In this document: in pieces, positions 8,798-17,643 of the stretch | How the letters are laid out: every line of letters begins with the position of its first letter | How positions within the stretch are numbered: the first letter of the stretch is position 1 | NCBI GenBank assembly: GCA_019358935.1 | Contig: JAHHIK010000104.1 | Span: forward strand, 1 to 29,060 | Direction of reading: 5' to 3' | Length of the DNA: 29,060 nucleotides | Source of the DNA: Tolypothrix carrinoi HA7290-LM1 | GTDB taxonomy: Bacteria > Cyanobacteriota > Cyanobacteriia > Cyanobacteriales > Nostocaceae | Position numbers and translations under genes: made by a program | The notes under the pieces: model-generated | The model's database searches: none | Told to the model about the DNA's origin: nothing | What the model saw: only the letters and a program-made list of their open reading frames with translations

Positions 8798-9052
8798 ATT
8801 TTAGATTTTGCGTTCGCGTAGCGTGTCGCAGACAAAAGTTTGAGCGGAGGTTTCCTCCGTTCGCCCTTGGCGTTGCCGTTGGCGTTCGCGAAGCGTCTCG
8901 AAGAGAAGCCTCTCGAAGAGAAGGCATCAAAGCTTTTCAAGACAGATTTTGGATTTTGGATTGATTGTGAGAATCTTATAAAAAGTCAAACAATTTCATT
9001 AATCCCAAATTCAAAATTGGTTAATCTAAAATCCAAAATCCAAAATCCAAAA
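8798..9052. repeat. STRR (ATTTTGG/AATCCAA) region containing multiply nested small dispersed repeats
   Basis: Inserts of 21-24 nt at 8813-8833, 8860-8925, 8879-8920 and 8885-8905 lie inside a CGGAGGTTTCCTCCG hairpin element. Confidence 0.8.
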
Positions 9053-9059
9053 TAGAAAG

Positions 9060-10136
9060 ATGGCAAAACTTGAACTAAAAAATTTAAATAAGACCTATAA
9101 CCCGAAAGTTATTCCAGTTAAAGACATTAGTTTAACTGTCGATGACAATGAATTTCTGACTTTACTCGGTCCTTCTGGCTGTGGTAAGTCTACGACGCTG
9201 CGGATGATAGCGGGGTTGGAAGAACCTACCCACGGTCGAATTTTGCTTGGTAATGAAGATATTACATCGAAACGACCAGGCGATCGCAATATGGCAATGG
9301 TTTTTCAAAGCTATGCGCTTTATCCTCACATGACCGTCTTTGAAAATCTTGCTTCTGGACTAAAGCTGAAAAAAACACCCCGCACAGAAATTCAACAGCG
9401 AGTCACAGAAGTATCCCAACTTTTAGGATTAGAAGAATTATTACAGCGCAAACCCGGTCAATTATCAGGAGGACAACGACAGCGGGTTGCAGTCGGACGA
9501 GCATTAGTCCGTCGCGCTCAAGCGTATTTATTAGATGAACCGCTGAGTAATCTGGATGCACTACTCCGCGAAAGAGTCCGCGCAGATATCAAGCAAATAT
9601 TCGCCGCTCAAAAAGCCCCGGTAGTTTATGTTACTCACGACCAAACAGAAGCAATGACGCTTTCCACCAAAGTCGCAGTATTAAACAACGGTTACGTGCA
9701 GCAACTCGACCCCCCAGAACGCATCTACAACCATCCCGCTAACTTATTTGTGGCTGGATTTGTTGGCAGTCCGCAAATGAATTTGCTGACATTGCCTTGT
9801 CAAGAACGTTACGCAATATTAGGCAATTTCCGCATGAAATTACCAGATATGCCAACAGTTCCACCGCAAATTGTCCTCGGCATCCGTCCAGAAAACGTCC
9901 GTATTGCCCGAAGCGAAGATACACAGATTATTCAAGGTCGAGTTTATCTAGTGGAAAACTTGGGTATGCACAATTTGGTAAGCGTGCGTGTTGCCAGTTC
10001 TCAGACAGAATCGCCAACAGTACGCGCTTTGTTACCCACAGACCAAAATTGGAATGATGCCGAAATTACCCTAGCTCTGCCGCCGCAGAATATCCACTGG
10101 TTTGATGTTCAGTCGGGGGATGCACTTCGCACTTGA
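9060..10136 (+). CDS. Sugar ABC transporter ATP-binding protein (MalK-like)
   Basis: Walker A GPSGCGKS, signature LSGGQRQR, Walker B LLDEPLSNLD, VTHDQ, C-terminal TOBE-like region. Confidence 0.96.
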   Translation: MAKLELKNLNKTYNPKVIPVKDISLTVDDNEFLTLLGPSGCGKSTTLRMIAGLEEPTHGRILLGNEDITSKRPGDRNMAMVFQSYALYPHMTVFENLASGLKLKKTPRTEIQQRVTEVSQLLGLEELLQRKPGQLSGGQRQRVAVGRALVRRAQAYLLDEPLSNLDALLRERVRADIKQIFAAQKAPVVYVTHDQTEAMTLSTKVAVLNNGYVQQLDPPERIYNHPANLFVAGFVGSPQMNLLTLPCQERYAILGNFRMKLPDMPTVPPQIVLGIRPENVRIARSEDTQIIQGRVYLVENLGMHNLVSVRVASSQTESPTVRALLPTDQNWNDAEITLALPPQNIHWFDVQSGDALRT

Positions 10137-10195
10137 TCGACGTAGAGCTAGTTATGAGCAAGCCAAATTTTCAGATAAATAAACCACAACCATGA

Positions 10196-10281
10196 GACCT
10201 AACCCCCAGCCCCTTCCCTACAAGGGAAGGGGAGAAATTCAAAGCCTCTCTCCTCGCAGGAGAGAGGTTTGGAGAGAGGTC
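10196..10281. repeat. REP-like double hairpin after the ABC operon
   Basis: Stems CCCCTTCCCT-ACA-AGGGAAGGGG and CCTCTCTCCT-CGC-AGGAGAGAGG, bracketed by GACCT...AGGTC. Confidence 0.8.
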
Positions 10282-10568
10282 AGCGTATAGTTTAATTAGC
10301 TGAAAACTGCTGTAAGAATTTTGTTGAAAACGACGAATTGCGTTAACATTACATGATACTCAATTTGTACAGTGCGTAAGTCATAGTTTAGTAGTAATCC
10401 AAATCATTGACTAATCAATCGGTGGCAATATACCATATCTAGACCACTGATAACCAAGGTAATCGCCTCAAGTTAATTCGAGTTAGCGCCACCTTTGAGC
10501 CTCGCACTCGCGCTTGGTACACAGAGGCTATTTAGCTTTGACCGCATCTTGTATCAAATTGACTACAA

Positions 10569-13500
10569 ATGTTGACGATTTCCGCTTACCACCTGGTAGC
10601 GCAACTGTATGAAAGCGCCAATTCTCTAATTTATCGTGGTCGGCGGGTGGATACTCAGCAACCCGTTGTGCTGAAAATGCTCAAAGATGCCTATCCTACT
10701 CCAGAGCGCACTGCTTGGTTTAAGCGAGAATATGAAGTTACCCGCAACCTGACAATCCCAGGAGTGGTGGATGCTTACGCGCTTTTTCGGGACACCGAGC
10801 GCTTGGTGATGGTTTTAGAAGATTTCGGCGGGGACTCGTTGGATCTGTTGGCAATAGCGGGTCAACTTGAGTTATGCGAGTTTTTGAAGTTAGCGATCGC
10901 CATCACTGACATCTTAAGTCAAATTCATGCTGCCAACATTATCCACAAAGACATCAACCCCAGCAATATTGTTCTCAACCGAACCACCGGACAAGTCAAA
11001 ATTATTGACTTTGGGATTTCAACCGTACTTTCACGAGAAAATCCCACATTAAGTAATCCTAATATTTTAGAAGGTACACTCGCTTATATTTCACCCGAAC
11101 AGACAGGACGGATGAATCGGGCAATAGACTATCGCAGCGATTTTTACTCGTTAGGTGCTACCTTCTATAAATTGCTGACGGGTATTTTGCCATTTAACAG
11201 TAGTGATACGTTGGAATTGGTGCATAGCCATATCGCCAAACAACCCGTACCACCGCATTCGGTTGTAGGGACATGTTTCTTACCGTCAATCGTCTCAGAT
11301 ATTGTCATGAAGTTAATGGCAAAAAACGCTGAAGACCGTTACCAATCAGCTTATGGTCTAAAAGCGGATTTAGAGCAATGTCTGCACCAGCTACAAACAA
11401 ATGGGCAAATTGATGTCTTTGCTCTTGCAAGGCAAGATATTTGCGATCGCTTTCAAATTCCCCAAAAATTATATGGCAGAAAGCGAGAGATTGAAATCCT
11501 CCTCGCAGCTTTTACGAGAGTGGCAGGGGGAGAAAAAGAGAATTCCTCAATTTCTACCCAATCCCAAACTGAAAAAGAGGCAAGGGAGCAGGGAGCAGGG
11601 AGCAAGGGGGATGATGGTTCAGATGGGGATTCGACCCCACATAACGCGAGAGCCACGCTTGTTGAAGTGGGGGACAACGGACCCATGTTCCCCCCTTCAT
11701 TCCACGGAGGCACTCTTGAAGGGGTTATTTCCCCCTGCTCCCCGCCCCCTGCCCCCTGCCTCTTTGTTGAAATGATTTTGGTTGCTGGATATTCTGGTGT
11801 CGGCAAATCTGCTTTAGTTCGAGAACTCCATAAACCAATTACTGCAAGACGTGGCAATTTTATTTGGGGCAAATTTGACCAGTACCAACGCAATATTCCC
11901 TACTACGCGCTCTCTCAAGCTTTCGATGAATTATGCAAACAACTGCTGACTGAAACTGAAGCAGTATTAAATCAATGGCGAGAGAAAATATTAGCAGCAG
12001 TTGGCAATAATGGACAAGTTTTGATAGATGTTATCCCTAATTTAGAACAAGTCATTGGTACTCAGCCACCTGTCGTCCAAGTGGAAGCATCCCAAGCACA
12101 AAATCGTTTCAATTTAGTCTTTCAAAACTTTCTTAAAGTTATTTGCCAAAAATCACATCCCCTAGTCTTATTTATCGATGATTTGCAATGGGCAGATAAA
12201 GCATCACTGAACCTGCTCAAAATAATCATGAGCGATGCCACTATTCAATATTTACTCATCATCGGTGCGTATCGCGACAACGAAGTAAATGCTAGCCATC
12301 CGCTGATGATGACGTTAGAAGAAATCGAAAAACAAGGAGTTTTATCATCGATTCACTTAGATAATCTGCTCGTGCAAGATGTCAACACTTTCATCTCTGA
12401 GGCTTTAAAGTCTCCACCCACTTCAACGCAGCCGTTAACCGATTTAGTGTATGAGAAAACCCAAGGAAACGCCTTTTTTACCACTCAGTTTTTGAAGTCA
12501 CTCTACACCGAAGAATTATTAACTTTTGAATACTCTCTTACTCCCCCCTTGTTAAGGGGAGCCACTTGCGTGGGCGGGTTTCCCGACTTGAGCAAAGTGG
12601 CGTGGGCTGGGGGGGATCTTCCAAGGGGGTGGCAATGGAATGTAGCACAAATCCAAGCTAAAGATATCACAGACAATGTGGTGGAATTGATGGCGAGCAA
12701 TATTGGCAAGTTACCAGCTTCCACCCAAATTGTATTGCAGTTAGCCGCTTGCATTGGCAATAAATTTGATTTATCCACTTTAAGCATTATCTATCAACAT
12801 CAAGTTATTGAGGTTTTTGCTGATTTGTCCCCAGCGATGCAATCAGGCTTAGTTGTTTCTTTGAATAACAAGTACAAATTGATAGAAACGGCAGATGATT
12901 TGGTTGCAAATGAAGTCAGCTTTAAATTCCTGCATGACCGGGTACAACAAGCGGCTTATGCCTTAATTGATGAAGCGCAAAAAACAGCAATTCACTTACA
13001 AATAGGTCGTTTGCTGTTGCAGAATACTGCACCAGAAGCGTTATCAGACGAAATATTTGAAATCGTCGATCATCTTAATATAGGCAGTGATTTTGTAACC
13101 GATCAACTTGAACGCGATGAAATCGCCAGACTGAATTTGATAGCGGGTGAAAAAGCAAAGTCAGCAATGGCTTATGAAGCAGCAGTCAATTATTTGAATG
13201 TTGGGCTAGATTTATTAGCAGAAGATAGTTGGCAGACTCAGTATGACTTGACACTAAGTTTGTATGAGTCAGCAGCATATGCAGAATATTTAAACACTAG
13301 CTACCAACGAAGCGAATTACTCTCTAATGTTGTTCTACAACAAGTTAAGACTGTGCGAGAAAAAGCTAATGTTTATGAAACTAAAATTCAGCTTTATATC
13401 GCTCAAAACCAGATGCAAGCCTCAATAGATATTGGGCTGCAATTTTTGAAGCTGTTAGGCATATCTTTGTCAAAATCACCGCCAAGCAAACTGGTCATTG

Positions 13501-16500
13501 ATGATTTATACAATCTTCCACCAATGACTGACCCAGATAAGCTGGTAGCGATGCGAATTTTAAAGACTATATGGTCTGCGGTTCATACAACAAATTCTTC
13601 AATAGCTCCATTAATTATATTTACAATGATGGAGCTATCCGTAAACTATGGAAATTCATCTTTTGCCGCTTTTGCCTATGTTTTATATGGTTTCCTTCTT
13701 TGTCGGACGCAATCTGACCTCGATTTTGGCTATCAGCTTGGCAAGCTATCGTTGAAAATATTGAAGCAATTTGATAGTTCAGAAATAGAAGGTAAGGTTA
13801 ACTTACTGTTTAACTGTTTTATCAGACCCTGGAAAGAACATAAACGCAACACTTTAGAATCTTTGCAATCAACGCTTAAACTATTAATGGAAACTGGAGA
13901 TATAGAATATGCTTCTTATGCAGCTATTAACTATTGCTCTAATTTAGTTTTAGTGGGAGAGCCTTTAGAATCTGTCAAGAAAACGTATAAAAATTATATC
14001 AGCTTCGTTGAATCTATTCAACAAGAATTTTCTCTGAATTATGCTAAAATATGGAGTCAATTAATATTAAATTTCATGGGGGATTCTAGAGAATCCAACA
14101 GACTGGTGGGAAAGCTGTTCGATGAAACTGAAATCTTACCCATTTTACAAAGAAATAATAACTTTCAATCATTGTTTGCCATCGATTTCGCAAAAACGTG
14201 GCTCAGTTATTTATTCAACGATTATACTACAGCAGTTAAGAATGGTGAAGATGCAGCAGGCAATAAACAAGCTTTAGAAGGTATATTACCTTATGCTGAA
14301 CATAATTTCTATTACTCTCTTTCTCTTTTAGCCAATTATCTTAGCCAAGAAGATCGAGAAAGAAAACAATATATAGAACAAGTGGCTGCTAACCAAAAGG
14401 AAATGAAAATCTGGGCAGTTCATGCACCGATGAATTTTCAGCACACTTACGATTTAGTGGAGGCAGAAAAAGCGCGAGTTTTGGGTCAAGTTGTTGAAGC
14501 AATGGATTTGTATGAACAAGCTATAAAAAAAGCAAGGGACAACGGATACATTCAACACGAAGCATTAGCTTATGAGTTAGCGGCAAATTTTTATCTAGCG
14601 CGTGGAATGGAAGAGTTTGCCCAACTATACATGACAAAGGCTCACTATAGCTATGTTCGCTGGGGAAGCACAGCAAAGGTCAATGATTTGGAACAACGGT
14701 ATCCTGATTTTTTTGCCAAAACCCCGTCAAGTTCCACCCAGACTACCACAACAATTTTATCCACTGAGTCAAAAACATCCTCGCAACTCGATTTAAACAG
14801 CATTCTCAAAGCTTCTCAAACTCTGTCGAGTGAAATTGTACTCAATACTTTGTTAGAAAAAATGATGAAAATTGTCCTCGAAAATGCGGGGGCAGAAAAA
14901 GGTTATCTCATTTTGAAGCAAGAAGAGCAATGGCTGATTCAAGCATCAGGAACGGTTACATCTGATGATATCGAAGTTTTGCAGTCTATTCCCATAGAAA
15001 CGGTCAGCGATCGCAACAATATATCAGTAGTTCCTCTTTGCATAGTCAATTATGTTATCCGTACCCAAGAGAGTCTTATTTTGAATGATGCTTTGCACTC
15101 AGGTAATTTTACCCGCGACCCATACATCGTTAAACACCAAACGAAATCAGTGTTGTGTATGCCGCTGTTGAATCAAAGCAAATTGGCGGGTCTGCTTTAT
15201 TTGGAAAATAACCAGACTATTGGAGCTTTTACTCCTGACCGTTTGGAAGTATTAAAGTTATTAACTAGCCAAATATTTATCTCAATTGAAAATGCAAAAC
15301 TTTACACAAACTTACAAGCTTATTCTACAGAATTATTGCAGGCTAACAGTCAACTACAAGCTGAAATTGGCGATCGCAAGCTAGCAGAAGAAGCGCTACG
15401 TCTCAGTGAAGAACGATTTCGATTGGCAATTGATAACATCCCTGATACATTTGTAATTTATGATGCCAAGCGGCGGTTCCAGTTTGTCAATGCTTTCGGA
15501 GTTAATCGCGGTGGTTTTCCTCTAGCAGCATATATTGGACATACGGATGAGGAGATACACCCAAAAGAAGTGACGAATGCGTATTTACCACTTTTGCAAA
15601 AAACTGTGGAGACGCGCACCAAGCAAACCGGAGAATGCAATATCACTTTGCCTGGTTGCTCTTTTACCGTAGTTGTCACCTACGTGCCGATTTTAAATGA
15701 GCATGGGGAAATTCATCAAATTCTTGGGATCACCCATGACATCACTGAGCGCAAACAAGCTGAGTCACAACTGCTGCACAATGCGTTTCACGATGCACTC
15801 ACAGGTCTACCCAACCGAGCTTGGTTTATGGAGTGCTTAAAACATGCGTGCGATCGAGCCAAACAACATGAGGATTATTTATTTGCTGTGCTGTTTCTCG
15901 ACTTGGATCGGTTTAAGGTGATCAATGACAGTCTCGGACATTTACTTGGAGACCAATTTCTGATTAAAATAGCAAGCAGGCTAAAAGCTTGCATACGCTC
16001 GATAGATACTGCTGCACGGCTTGGGGGAGACGAATTTACAATTTTGCTTGAGAAAATCGAGAATTTGTCAGAGGCAATTGAGGTGGTTGAGCGAATTCAA
16101 CAGCAACTGGCATTACCCTTTGACCTTGACGGGCAAGAAGTTTTCACTACCGCGAGTATTGGCATCGCTCTGAATTCGATACTCACCTATGACCAACCAG
16201 AAGATTTGCTGAGGGATGCTGACACGGCGATGTACCGAGCTAAGGTGCTGGGCAGGTCGCGTTACGAGGTGTTCCACCCAGATATGTATACTAATGCTGT
16301 GGACAGATTGCAATTAGAGACCGATCTGCGTCGAGCAATTGAACGCCAGGAGTTTCGGGTTTATTACCAACCGATTGTTTCGCTTTCTAGTGGCACAATT
16401 TCCGGTTTTGAGGCTCTGCTGCGCTGGCAGCATCCAGAGCGCGGTCTGCTTTCTCCGGCAGATTTTATCCCCCTGGCGGAGGAAACTGGACTGATTGTCG

Positions 16501-17081
16501 AGATTGGCTACTGGGTGCTTTTTGAGGCTTGCCGCCAGATGCAAGTCTGGCAAATGCGCTATCCTACGAGTTCCCTAGAGAAAATCAGTGTCAATCTCTG
16601 TGTCAAGCAATTTTCCCAAGCGGATTTGATTGAGCAGATTGCACAAATTTTGCACTCGACTGGTCTTGATGCGTGCAGTCTGATGTTAGAAATTACTGAA
16701 AGCGCAATTATGGAAAATGGTGATGAGGCAAATACCGCGTCACAACTTCGAGCGATGGGGATTAAGTTATCAATTGATGACTTTGGTACGGGCTATTCTT
16801 CATTAAGTCGTCTTTATAGCTTTCCGATTAATGTGTTGAAGATTGACCGTTCCTTCGTCAGCCCGATGGACGCTAATAACAGGAATTTAGAAATTATTGA
16901 GATAATTGTCACGCTGGCAGATAAACTAGGTATGGATGTGACTGCCGAAGGGGTAGAGACTCAAGAGCAATTAGCACTTTTGAGAAAGTTGAACTGTGAA
17001 TACGGACAGGGATATTTTTTCTCTCGTCCATTAGATAGTTCTGCGGCAGAGGCGTTAATTATGGGTGAACCTCGGTGGTAA
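10569..17081 (+). CDS. Multidomain Ser/Thr kinase - AAA ATPase - GAF - PAS - GGDEF - EAL signalling protein
   Basis: Kinase motifs VVLK, HKDINPSN, DFG, GTLAYISPEQTGR; Walker A GYSGVGKS; Walker B LVLFIDD; GAF SVLCMPLL...LYLENN; PAS ending HDITERK; HDALTGLPNR, LGGDEF; FEALLRW, DDFGTGYSS, AEGVET, GQGYFFSRP. Confidence 0.95.
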   Translation: MLTISAYHLVAQLYESANSLIYRGRRVDTQQPVVLKMLKDAYPTPERTAWFKREYEVTRNLTIPGVVDAYALFRDTERLVMVLEDFGGDSLDLLAIAGQLELCEFLKLAIAITDILSQIHAANIIHKDINPSNIVLNRTTGQVKIIDFGISTVLSRENPTLSNPNILEGTLAYISPEQTGRMNRAIDYRSDFYSLGATFYKLLTGILPFNSSDTLELVHSHIAKQPVPPHSVVGTCFLPSIVSDIVMKLMAKNAEDRYQSAYGLKADLEQCLHQLQTNGQIDVFALARQDICDRFQIPQKLYGRKREIEILLAAFTRVAGGEKENSSISTQSQTEKEAREQGAGSKGDDGSDGDSTPHNARATLVEVGDNGPMFPPSFHGGTLEGVISPCSPPPAPCLFVEMILVAGYSGVGKSALVRELHKPITARRGNFIWGKFDQYQRNIPYYALSQAFDELCKQLLTETEAVLNQWREKILAAVGNNGQVLIDVIPNLEQVIGTQPPVVQVEASQAQNRFNLVFQNFLKVICQKSHPLVLFIDDLQWADKASLNLLKIIMSDATIQYLLIIGAYRDNEVNASHPLMMTLEEIEKQGVLSSIHLDNLLVQDVNTFISEALKSPPTSTQPLTDLVYEKTQGNAFFTTQFLKSLYTEELLTFEYSLTPPLLRGATCVGGFPDLSKVAWAGGDLPRGWQWNVAQIQAKDITDNVVELMASNIGKLPASTQIVLQLAACIGNKFDLSTLSIIYQHQVIEVFADLSPAMQSGLVVSLNNKYKLIETADDLVANEVSFKFLHDRVQQAAYALIDEAQKTAIHLQIGRLLLQNTAPEALSDEIFEIVDHLNIGSDFVTDQLERDEIARLNLIAGEKAKSAMAYEAAVNYLNVGLDLLAEDSWQTQYDLTLSLYESAAYAEYLNTSYQRSELLSNVVLQQVKTVREKANVYETKIQLYIAQNQMQASIDIGLQFLKLLGISLSKSPPSKLVIDDLYNLPPMTDPDKLVAMRILKTIWSAVHTTNSSIAPLIIFTMMELSVNYGNSSFAAFAYVLYGFLLCRTQSDLDFGYQLGKLSLKILKQFDSSEIEGKVNLLFNCFIRPWKEHKRNTLESLQSTLKLLMETGDIEYASYAAINYCSNLVLVGEPLESVKKTYKNYISFVESIQQEFSLNYAKIWSQLILNFMGDSRESNRLVGKLFDETEILPILQRNNNFQSLFAIDFAKTWLSYLFNDYTTAVKNGEDAAGNKQALEGILPYAEHNFYYSLSLLANYLSQEDRERKQYIEQVAANQKEMKIWAVHAPMNFQHTYDLVEAEKARVLGQVVEAMDLYEQAIKKARDNGYIQHEALAYELAANFYLARGMEEFAQLYMTKAHYSYVRWGSTAKVNDLEQRYPDFFAKTPSSSTQTTTTILSTESKTSSQLDLNSILKASQTLSSEIVLNTLLEKMMKIVLENAGAEKGYLILKQEEQWLIQASGTVTSDDIEVLQSIPIETVSDRNNISVVPLCIVNYVIRTQESLILNDALHSGNFTRDPYIVKHQTKSVLCMPLLNQSKLAGLLYLENNQTIGAFTPDRLEVLKLLTSQIFISIENAKLYTNLQAYSTELLQANSQLQAEIGDRKLAEEALRLSEERFRLAIDNIPDTFVIYDAKRRFQFVNAFGVNRGGFPLAAYIGHTDEEIHPKEVTNAYLPLLQKTVETRTKQTGECNITLPGCSFTVVVTYVPILNEHGEIHQILGITHDITERKQAESQLLHNAFHDALTGLPNRAWFMECLKHACDRAKQHEDYLFAVLFLDLDRFKVINDSLGHLLGDQFLIKIASRLKACIRSIDTAARLGGDEFTILLEKIENLSEAIEVVERIQQQLALPFDLDGQEVFTTASIGIALNSILTYDQPEDLLRDADTAMYRAKVLGRSRYEVFHPDMYTNAVDRLQLETDLRRAIERQEFRVYYQPIVSLSSGTISGFEALLRWQHPERGLLSPADFIPLAEETGLIVEIGYWVLFEACRQMQVWQMRYPTSSLEKISVNLCVKQFSQADLIEQIAQILHSTGLDACSLMLEITESAIMENGDEANTASQLRAMGIKLSIDDFGTGYSSLSRLYSFPINVLKIDRSFVSPMDANNRNLEIIEIIVTLADKLGMDVTAEGVETQEQLALLRKLNCEYGQGYFFSRPLDSSAAEALIMGEPRW
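11574..11765. mobile_element. MITE-like insert (192 bp) in frame within the kinase gene
   Basis: Terminal inverted repeats AAAGAGGCA...TGCCTCTTT with internal (AGGGAGC)n and (CCCCTGC)n arms. It sits just before the Walker A strand VEMILVAGYSG. Confidence 0.7.
12541..12618. repeat. Nested REP-like repeat in frame within the kinase gene
   Basis: The outer CCCCCCTTGTTAAGGGG...GGGCTGGGGGGGATC is interrupted by AGCCACTTGC...GGGTTTCCC...GCAAAGTGGCGT (about 12560-12603). Confidence 0.7.
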
Positions 17082-17084
17082 TAG

Positions 17085-17166
17085 CTCACGCAAAGGCGCA
17101 AAGGCGCAAAGAATAAGAGTTGAAGAAATGTAATTTGGGAATTTCATATCCTGATTCGGCAACGCC
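17085..17166. repeat. Short dispersed repeat containing (CGCAAAGG)n units
   Basis: CTCACGCAAAGGCGCAAAGGCGCAAAG directly after the kinase stop codon. Confidence 0.6.
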
Positions 17167-17219
17167 AGGTTTTTTGATAGGCTAAAAAGCGATCGCCTAA
17201 TTCTCGAAACCTTTGGGCG

Positions 17220-17327
17220 CTATTTTTTCCAGGGTAGCTTAGTACCCATCTCAGTCAGCGCCGAAAAGACGAGATACAAAACTAGTACACCAATACTAAT
17301 AAGAAAAAGAACTAGGTCGTTATTCAT
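17220..17327 (-). CDS. Small single-TM protein (35 aa)
   Basis: MNNDLVLFLISIGVLVLYLVFSALTEMGTKLPWKK from the ATG at 17327. The longer track ORF gains its upstream extension from the antisense of a duplicated kinase fragment. Confidence 0.6.
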   Translation of the reverse strand: MNNDLVLFLISIGVLVLYLVFSALTEMGTKLPWKK

Positions 17328-17376
17328 TATAATAAGTAGGTGGGTTGAATTAGATATAAAACCACCGTAGGGTGGA

Positions 17377-17516
17377 ATGCCGCCATTCATTATCCACAAA
17401 GACATCAACCCCAGCAATATTGTTCTCAACCGAACCACCGGACAAGTCAAAATTATTGACTTTGGGATTTCAACCGTACTTTTACTCCTAAAATCCCACA
17501 TTGAGTAATCCTAATA
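17377..17516 (+). repeat. Direct copy of kinase-domain coding DNA 10927-11064
   Basis: 17388-17482 is identical to 10937-11031 (95 nt). The flanks match with a few substitutions and 1-nt indels. Confidence 0.95.
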
Positions 17517-17643
17517 AGTAACTAAAACCATCGGTGTAAAAGCTGGTGGTTAAGGAACAAAAAACGAAGCTTAACAACGAAAATTGTTCTCTTGCTGCAA
17601 AAACGCCTATTTGTCAAATAAGTTCAGAGGCGTTTATATTAGG

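Noticed and set aside
8728..9055. ORFs 8728..8940 (-) and 8840..9055 (+)
   Set aside because: Both are read through nested repeat DNA and have no protein-like features.
11401..12787. Alternative-frame and antisense ORFs within the kinase gene
   Set aside because: They are shadow ORFs promoted by the GC-rich repeat inserts.
17377..17516. Diversity-generating retroelement TR/VR pair with 10927-11064
   Set aside because: The differences are not adenine-specific, include indels, and sit at the edges. The matched region is a conserved catalytic loop, and there is no reverse transcriptase in the window.
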